A stretch of 64,000 nt of DNA from Candidatus Woesearchaeota archaeon (lineage in GTDB: Archaea; Nanobdellota; Nanobdellia; Woesearchaeales; GW2011-AR9). Position 1 is the first letter of the stretch. Each line of letters opens with the position of its first letter. Where the stretch lies: positions 128,001 to 192,000 of the forward strand of contig JABHQW010000008.1 in the NCBI GenBank assembly GCA_018696595.1. The letters run 5' to 3'. Shown piece by piece: positions 57,350-64,000 of this stretch. The notes under the pieces are model-generated. The model saw only the letters and a program-made list of their open reading frames with translations. It had not been told where the DNA came from and made no database searches. The translations under genes and the position numbers were made by a program.

Positions 57350-57895
57350 CTAACTTTGTAAACCGGCTTTAGAAACCTCGGTTTTGTCTCCTTTACCTTC
57401 TAAAACAACCGAAAAAGTTCCCCCATAAATCTTCTCGCAAAGAAAACCAATATTTTCTTCAGTTTTTTCATCATAAACACTAATTTCATAAACCTTAATT
57501 GGAACTTTTGCTTGAGGTTTTAAGAAAACATTTTGATCTACAAAACTATAACCGCCTTCTTCTTTTGCTTGCTCCCAGATATCACAGGCAGCTTGGTCAA
57601 AATCGCACAATTCTTGCAATTCACCAGGATCATAATTATAATTCATATCAACAAAACAAATTTGTTCAAAGTTTCCGGGGATATTATAATTTTCAATCCT
57701 AATAGAACCATATTCTGTGTAAATCTTCTTAACAGATTTTTCCAAATCGGTTTTAAATTGAACGAAAGCAACTTCATTACCACTATCAATAAAATCTGAA
57801 ACGGTTTTATAACCAAAAATCATGATTAGGGCGAAAGTTATTGCCGCAACAATAAAAATAAATACTTGTCCAATGCCCATTCCTTTTTTATTCAT
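57350..57895 (-). CDS. class III signal peptide protein
   Basis: MNKKG|MGIGQVFIFI. Confidence 0.7.
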   Translation of the reverse strand: MNKKGMGIGQVFIFIVAAITFALIMIFGYKTVSDFIDSGNEVAFVQFKTDLEKSVKKIYTEYGSIRIENYNIPGNFEQICFVDMNYNYDPGELQELCDFDQAACDIWEQAKEEGGYSFVDQNVFLKPQAKVPIKVYEISVYDEKTEENIGFLCEKIYGGTFSVVLEGKGDKTEVSKAGLQS

Positions 57896-57911
57896 TCCAA
57901 ATTCACCTGAT

Positions 57912-60900
57912 TTATTTCTTTCTTTTTTTACTAATCTTTTTTAAATCTGAAAAAATATCTTTAGCTTCCTCTTTTTTAACAACAGTCTTAATGTCCTTAT
58001 TCTGTGTCTTTTTTGCAATAGATTCAAGTTTGTTAAAAATACTTTTTTCTTCTTTTCTCAAACCTGGTTTGATTGTTTCTTTATGTTTAGTGTAAGTAGT
58101 AGCTAAATCTTGTAACTTATTCAAATGTGGTGCTTTTTTACTCAAGAATCTATCAACGTGAGGTATTTTTTTGGAATTCTTACCAAACTTACCAAAAACT
58201 TCTTGCCTTTTTCTTTGATCTAACTTTTGCCCTCGTGATTTCTTTAATTGTAATAATTTATCTTTCCAACCAACAAAAAGTGGTTTTTTAGTTGTAACAT
58301 TTGACCTAGTTCCAGCAACAGTAACTGGCTTACCGTAATTTGTTCTTTTAACCCCTGATTGAACAGCTCCTTTCTGGGCAGTAGGAGAATAAAAATAATA
58401 ATAAATTAAATATCCACTTCCCCCAATAATCATCAATAATCCCAAGATTAAGAATATTATTGCTAACAAGTCTAAGAAACTTCCTTTATCAGCAGGAGCA
58501 GAATAATCCGGTATTTCTTTGTCAACTTCCTCGTCCTCTTCTACCACAGGCGGAGCATCTGCCAAACAAGGATTATATCCAGAAATATATTCCTCATAAT
58601 TGCTATAACTATCCTCATCATAATCTTCAAAGTTATCAGTAACCCCGTTATCATTGCTGTCTTCGTTAGCAAAACTTAATAAACAACCAACAGTATCATA
58701 ATTCTTTTCCCAATAGTCTGGTAAACCATCCCCATCAGTATCAATTTTCTTTTGTGATTCCGGAACTTCCCCATCAGCACAACCTAATTCATTAACTGTT
58801 TCTCCAGGGTCAGACTCCTTACATTCATCACAACTATCAGAAACGCCATCTCCGTCAGAATCACTAAAGACGATTTTCTTTTCATCAGTGTGGTTATTGC
58901 CCATGTTATCCTCAACATAATAACAAATCCAGCTTGTTTTGAATAGTGAAATCTTTTGACCAGCATAAGTTTTATTCAAATCGCAGAATTTTGAAGAAGG
59001 ATGTTTACCATAAAGAAAATCTTGACAACCAATTGAATCTTCACAAACCATTTCCACTTCCACTTTGTTACAAGAAGAATCATTTATTTGAAATTTAATT
59101 ACCGGTGCATCTTTATCTTGCTGACAAACAGAATAATTATTACTAACAATAAGAACTCCATCACTTTCAGCAAAGTCTCCTTCATTACCAGCAGCATCAA
59201 TTGCACGAACTTTAACTTTGTAATTGTTGCTTTTAACTAAATCTTTAGTTGGTATCTTCAGAGGCAAGTCGGGCCCTAATTCTCCACTTAAAACTAAATT
59301 TTTAGAGGCAAATGTAGTTTGTTCAGTGCCATTATCATTTTCAGTATTAATCTTATTATTTTCGGCACTAGCATTATTTAGATTTTTTTGTTGTTGATAA
59401 TAATCGCTCCAAGAGGTTCCCGTAGACCCACTTTTCTCTTCTTCTTCAACCTTTTGTTTAGTTTCAGAATCTTGTCCTAAATCATAAACTTCATAATAAT
59501 AAGAACTAATGTTACTTTCAGTAGTGTAAACCATAACATTAACATAATCACTCCCACAAGTTAAATTGCCATCTTCCACGTTAGTAATTTGAGGGGCAGT
59601 TACATCAAATGTAAACTTAATTTCTCCGTAAGCCGTATGGTCTCCCATAACACATTTAACAGGAATTAAATAATCTTTTTCTTCCGAAATTGTAATTGGG
59701 GAACTATGAATTTGTGTGTTTTCTCCCTCAGTAAAAGGAACATATCCTGCGCCCAATAAATCATATTCACAAAATGCATCTTTGGAAGTTTCAACAGATA
59801 AAGTAATATTATTTCCTTGAACATAACCGCTTGGTAATAAACTACCCTCAATAATAAATCCTAATTTTGAATAATCAACAATGAAATCTATCTCTTCAAC
59901 TTCTGATAAGTCTCCCGCCCCATTCTTACATTGAGTAAGAAGGTTATACTCTTTAGTTGGCCCAGCAAAGTTAATGTTAAACACACTAAGATGGAAGAAA
60001 TTCAATTCTTTCTCTTCCATTCCTGGAAATGAATATTCCATATCTAAGAACTGGTCAATTCCTTGACCTTCAGAATTTTCACTATACTTACATAAAGTTT
60101 TATCGTCTGTTTCAACATTTAATTCTGTAATAGTTCCTTCAAACACTTCATCGGGATTAGCATAAGCATCAATTACTTTCGGCGCAGTCGGGTCATATTC
60201 TAAATAAATAATTTGTTCCGGACCAATCACTTGGTCATAATCTTTACATTTAACATAAACAGTTTTAATACAATTATCTCCAAAACAAGTATCTGGGTAA
60301 GTGGTGAACACGCTTTCAGGAAAACTTTCAAACAAATATTTGCCTTTACCATTAATTTCTCTTATTTTATGAGATGCTACAGCACCATAATCAAAATCTG
60401 AAGTGAAATCAAACCTACATTCAATAGTTGGCGCTCTTGTAAAGAATTGCCAATCAAAGATTGGTTTATTACTAATTCCCCACTGCCCTTCGAGATAATA
60501 ATGTAGTTCTGGCAATTCTAAAGTAATCCCATAACCTTCTATTAAAATGTCTCCACACATTGGTTGATAAACTGGGTTATCGGCCTTATCAACCGCATAA
60601 TAACAAATTCTAGTTGATTCAATAAGTTCTAATGTTGAAGAATATTCTGAGTATTCTGCATTATTAATAAAATCACAATCTTCTCCTAAACAATAAAGAA
60701 TATTAGCGCAATCAAACCCTTCAGCCATACAAGAAAAATCAACATTAGCATATTCAATAAAGTATTCTTCCCAATTGAAAACCGTTGGTTTTACATCCGG
60801 ACGAGACCCTTCAGTTAAAGTTACTTGTACATTAGGAGGAGTAAAATCAACAACAAAATTGTAATAATCTTCATAAACTTCAGTTTCATTAAATAGTTCT

Positions 60901-63900
60901 TGACAAACGATTTTGTAATCTGCAGAATAAGTTCCTTCAATAAATCCACTAACTTTTTCAGTCTGGTGAACTTTTCCTTCGGAATCGCTAATAAAATCAG
61001 CAACTTTTTCATTCGTTGCAGTTAAATAAAGTCCACAACTAGTTCCAGCAACAGTCTCTGCCTTAAATGCAATTTTAGTTTCAGCAACAGCACCATACAA
61101 TTCAGGATAAATAATGTCAATTCTTTCTTCTAAATCAAAAGTATAACTTTCATTTTTAGTATTCTCATTACCTTGGTCATCTACACAAGTAACATTTAAA
61201 TTAAACTTGATACCATTTAAATTATCAAATTCTACTTCTTTCAATTCTTTTTCTCTTGGAACTACTAATTTCTTTGTCTCACCTAATGGTAAAATTTGTT
61301 GTAAAGTAAAAGTACAAGCCATGATTTCATTAGTATCTTCCAAATAAACGGCTAAATTGGTTATGTCATCAATAGTTTCAATCTGATCTTTAATAGTAAA
61401 CTCTGGTTTAACATTGTCAACAAAAACAAAAGTTTCCTGAACATTCTCCTGATTAAAGAATTTATCTGTTGAATAATATTTAAGTTTGTAAGTTTCTCCT
61501 TGAATTTGGTGACCCAATAAAAACGTTGAATTAGTTAAATCAACTGTTAAAGTTTCTTCGGTTTTTTTCCCAGGATAAGCAAGTTCAATAAATGGACTTT
61601 CTCCAGCTTCTGTAAAACATTTATCTTGAGCAATATCAGTTAAACAATAACTTACCGTCCCCATAAAACTTCTTTGATTTCCAAAATCATGATAGTTATC
61701 ATCACCATAAAAAGTTACTTCTGGAGTAGCATAAGAGATTACATTGACACCTTCTGGCAAGATTTTTGTTTTTGGTGAAGAATGGTCCAACTTACAAGAT
61801 TCTGCTTCCCCACTAGCTAAGAAGATTTCACAGTCACTAACCTTGTCACCATTCCCATCTTTAACACAACCATTCTTACTAAATCCATTACTTGGCCCAG
61901 TCCAAAGACATTTTCCCCAACCACAACGGTCATGAGATGATGTTATTTCCCCATAAATATTTGTATCGAAATCTTGTCCGCCATCATTTCCACCATTACA
62001 TTCTAACTCAGTGTTGTAAGCATAACAATTACTTTCAATATTAGGACTATCACCACAACTTGCACAAAAATCTAAATCGTAAGCAGAGAAACATTCTCCC
62101 AAGCCAGAACAAACTTCAGCAGTACAATAATAATTTTCAAAAATGGAAACTTTAGGGCTACATAAGCCACATTTATCATCATCAGAATAATCTTTTTCCA
62201 CACAATATCCCGCTCCGGTTTCAGGAGTTACAAAATCATTAGGTAAATTTATGTTAGTATAATCTACAAGTGCACTATCCTCTGCTCCGTTAACCCAAGC
62301 ACATTCAGTACCTAAACAATTATTAATTTCACAGGCATCTTTACTTTGATAATCAAAACAATTTTGCATTTCTTGATCAGAACAATCTTTACATTGATCA
62401 ACCGCGGTTTCAGTAAAATCAAAATAACAATAATTTGGAGCTCCTTCTAAAGGATTACTTGTCCCATAACAAGATTCTTCGTTATAGTATAAACCAAACG
62501 GATCTGCTTGTTGGAAAATCATTCCGCAGCCACCCGCATTTTTACAATCTGCTTCTCCAAAATTTATTTGAGCACAATAATGGGTTTCACTTTTAACGTT
62601 ACAATCAAACGTTGGATCTAATTCATTATTTTCATCACAACTGTAAATTGTTTTTCTTTTCTCATCATTTCCCACTAAACAAAAGGTATCCCATTCTGCT
62701 GTTATTGGTTGATAACGATTTTCACAAAGTTCATTTCCCACACTAACAGAAACTTCAACCGCTGCTTCTTCCTCTTTTGGAGATTGTCTGCCGTTATAAT
62801 AAGTAATAATTTCATAAGTATAAGTGTTACCCCATTCAACGTCAGTATCGATTACACTTGTTTCAGAAGGGGAAACATGTAATGGTTCTATTTCTTCACC
62901 ATTCAACAACTTTTTAATTTCATAACCAATAACTTCTGGACAAGGTTTTGCCCATTCTAATTTTATTTGTTTTTTACCTAATACTGGAGAACCAAAAAAA
63001 TCCTCGGCGGGTTTTTCTGTTCCTAGTTCTGTACAAATTCCAATGTAAACTGTCAATAACAAATCCTGGTTCTCTAAAACTTCGTTAGGAGAGATTTTAA
63101 ATGATTGTTCATCTAATTTATAATTTTGATAAATTGCAGATAAGTCATACTCTTGTTCCTCTGCTGTCTCATTCAAATCTATATTAATGTTGTAAGAACC
63201 ACCTGGGAATTTAGAATTTACTTTAAACACGCCATCTAAATAAATTTGTGCCCCATAAACTGTTGAATCCGCCGCATCAATAACTTTATTGTTGTTTGAA
63301 TCAAGATAAACTTTACCTGAAACAGAAGTTGCTGCAGATTCTTTTAAAATAAAATTTAATATTTCTGTTCCTGGAATTGTAACGGAAAGTGGTTTTTCTT
63401 CTTTATCATGACCAATTTTACTGGCAGAAATAAGATATTCTCCGATTGGTAAAGCAGGTATTTTGTATTGTCCCGTGGTGTCTGTAATTACAGTTCCACT
63501 TACTGGACCTTGCCAAGAAATAGTTGCCTGATCCAATGGTTGATTATCAAGAGAAGTTATTTTTCCACTAACCTCATAAATTCCTTCTGATTTTTCTAAA
63601 ACAATTACTTCTTCAATTACTTCTCCAGGAGCAAGAGAAACGACTAAAAATCCAGGATAATAATCTTTCATAGTAACTTCAATCGAATAGCTTCCTGGAT
63701 TAAGTGCTGAAAAAGTGTGATCCCCAGAATCACCTGTTGTTCCTTCATGGGTTGTTCCAGATAAAACTACTTTTGCACCAAGGATTGCGCCCCCTGCATT
63801 ATCTTCAACAATTACTTTAAGCTCAACAGGTTCAAGATCAATACCACAATAAAGATTATTACAAGTATTAGCATCCATCCCAGTAGGATTATCAAAAAAT

Positions 63901-64000
63901 ATTAAACTTGGTTCAAATACACCCAATTTAGTTGCTTTGTCATAACATTCAAATTTCAACAAATTAAATTGACAAAAGTCTTTTCCTTCGATCTTACAAC
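57912..64000 (-). CDS. giant membrane-anchored surface protein (5' end beyond window, >2029 aa)
   Basis: Frame stays open upstream of the track's TTG to the window edge (...CKIEGKDFCQFNLLKFEC); carboxypeptidase-regulatory-like, FN3-like, Cys-rich and Ig-like repeats, DxDGDG Ca-binding motifs, C-terminal TM and basic tail. Confidence 0.85.
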   Translation of the reverse strand, partial: CKIEGKDFCQFNLLKFECYDKATKLGVFEPSLIFFDNPTGMDANTCNNLYCGIDLEPVELKVIVEDNAGGAILGAKVVLSGTTHEGTTGDSGDHTFSALNPGSYSIEVTMKDYYPGFLVVSLAPGEVIEEVIVLEKSEGIYEVSGKITSLDNQPLDQATISWQGPVSGTVITDTTGQYKIPALPIGEYLISASKIGHDKEEKPLSVTIPGTEILNFILKESAATSVSGKVYLDSNNNKVIDAADSTVYGAQIYLDGVFKVNSKFPGGSYNINIDLNETAEEQEYDLSAIYQNYKLDEQSFKISPNEVLENQDLLLTVYIGICTELGTEKPAEDFFGSPVLGKKQIKLEWAKPCPEVIGYEIKKLLNGEEIEPLHVSPSETSVIDTDVEWGNTYTYEIITYYNGRQSPKEEEAAVEVSVSVGNELCENRYQPITAEWDTFCLVGNDEKRKTIYSCDENNELDPTFDCNVKSETHYCAQINFGEADCKNAGGCGMIFQQADPFGLYYNEESCYGTSNPLEGAPNYCYFDFTETAVDQCKDCSDQEMQNCFDYQSKDACEINNCLGTECAWVNGAEDSALVDYTNINLPNDFVTPETGAGYCVEKDYSDDDKCGLCSPKVSIFENYYCTAEVCSGLGECFSAYDLDFCASCGDSPNIESNCYAYNTELECNGGNDGGQDFDTNIYGEITSSHDRCGWGKCLWTGPSNGFSKNGCVKDGNGDKVSDCEIFLASGEAESCKLDHSSPKTKILPEGVNVISYATPEVTFYGDDNYHDFGNQRSFMGTVSYCLTDIAQDKCFTEAGESPFIELAYPGKKTEETLTVDLTNSTFLLGHQIQGETYKLKYYSTDKFFNQENVQETFVFVDNVKPEFTIKDQIETIDDITNLAVYLEDTNEIMACTFTLQQILPLGETKKLVVPREKELKEVEFDNLNGIKFNLNVTCVDDQGNENTKNESYTFDLEERIDIIYPELYGAVAETKIAFKAETVAGTSCGLYLTATNEKVADFISDSEGKVHQTEKVSGFIEGTYSADYKIVCQELFNETEVYEDYYNFVVDFTPPNVQVTLTEGSRPDVKPTVFNWEEYFIEYANVDFSCMAEGFDCANILYCLGEDCDFINNAEYSEYSSTLELIESTRICYYAVDKADNPVYQPMCGDILIEGYGITLELPELHYYLEGQWGISNKPIFDWQFFTRAPTIECRFDFTSDFDYGAVASHKIREINGKGKYLFESFPESVFTTYPDTCFGDNCIKTVYVKCKDYDQVIGPEQIIYLEYDPTAPKVIDAYANPDEVFEGTITELNVETDDKTLCKYSENSEGQGIDQFLDMEYSFPGMEEKELNFFHLSVFNINFAGPTKEYNLLTQCKNGAGDLSEVEEIDFIVDYSKLGFIIEGSLLPSGYVQGNNITLSVETSKDAFCEYDLLGAGYVPFTEGENTQIHSSPITISEEKDYLIPVKCVMGDHTAYGEIKFTFDVTAPQITNVEDGNLTCGSDYVNVMVYTTESNISSYYYEVYDLGQDSETKQKVEEEEKSGSTGTSWSDYYQQQKNLNNASAENNKINTENDNGTEQTTFASKNLVLSGELGPDLPLKIPTKDLVKSNNYKVKVRAIDAAGNEGDFAESDGVLIVSNNYSVCQQDKDAPVIKFQINDSSCNKVEVEMVCEDSIGCQDFLYGKHPSSKFCDLNKTYAGQKISLFKTSWICYYVEDNMGNNHTDEKKIVFSDSDGDGVSDSCDECKESDPGETVNELGCADGEVPESQKKIDTDGDGLPDYWEKNYDTVGCLLSFANEDSNDNGVTDNFEDYDEDSYSNYEEYISGYNPCLADAPPVVEEDEEVDKEIPDYSAPADKGSFLDLLAIIFLILGLLMIIGGSGYLIYYYFYSPTAQKGAVQSGVKRTNYGKPVTVAGTRSNVTTKKPLFVGWKDKLLQLKKSRGQKLDQRKRQEVFGKFGKNSKKIPHVDRFLSKKAPHLNKLQDLATTYTKHKETIKPGLRKEEKSIFNKLESIAKKTQNKDIKTVVKKEEAKDIFSDLKKISKKRKK

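Noticed and set aside
1-64000. rRNA genes, transposases, integrases, prophage or defence islands
   Set aside because: No supporting motifs found; the AGUA-containing hairpins lack the 5S rRNA architecture

Overview
Low-GC archaeal chromosomal segment, most likely from a DPANN/Nanobdellota (Woesearchaeales-like) organism. The inference rests on archaeal ribosomal proteins (L35Ae, S19e, L39e, L31e, L40e), histone, aIF5A, Topo VI, RadA, RPA, archaeal DnaG, Rpp21 and BRE/TATA promoters. It contains housekeeping genes, a folate/thymidylate cluster (folC, thyA, folA, glyA, putative ECF S-component), two tRNAs flanking a free-standing LAGLIDADG gene, and at the right end 16 small-to-medium genes, 15 with class III (pilin-like) signal peptides, behind a giant (>2000 aa) surface protein that runs off the window. 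Most notable unannotated signals: (1) two intergenic hairpin RNAs with the same K-turn/K-loop architecture, a TATA-like box at the right distance and a shared 3' tail (H/ACA-like; one is complementary to 23S helix 69 as recalled from memory); (2) a CCACTAGACA motif exactly 14 nt upstream of the TATA box of three DNA-acting loci; (3) a 42-nt BHB intron at position 59/60 of tRNA-Arg(TCT); (4) a PolB-like protein with exonuclease motifs but no recognisable polymerase motifs. Caveat: the supplied ORF track gives the wrong strand for several real genes. 6784..7857, 9581..10918, 28106..29338, 43221..44606, 50358..50684, 50712..51923, 51936..53987 and 55664..56203 are on the minus strand by direct reading. 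The track also misses HerA (1..1380), L39e, L40e and two tiny pilin-like ORFs. All product calls come from motif recognition; no database searches were run.
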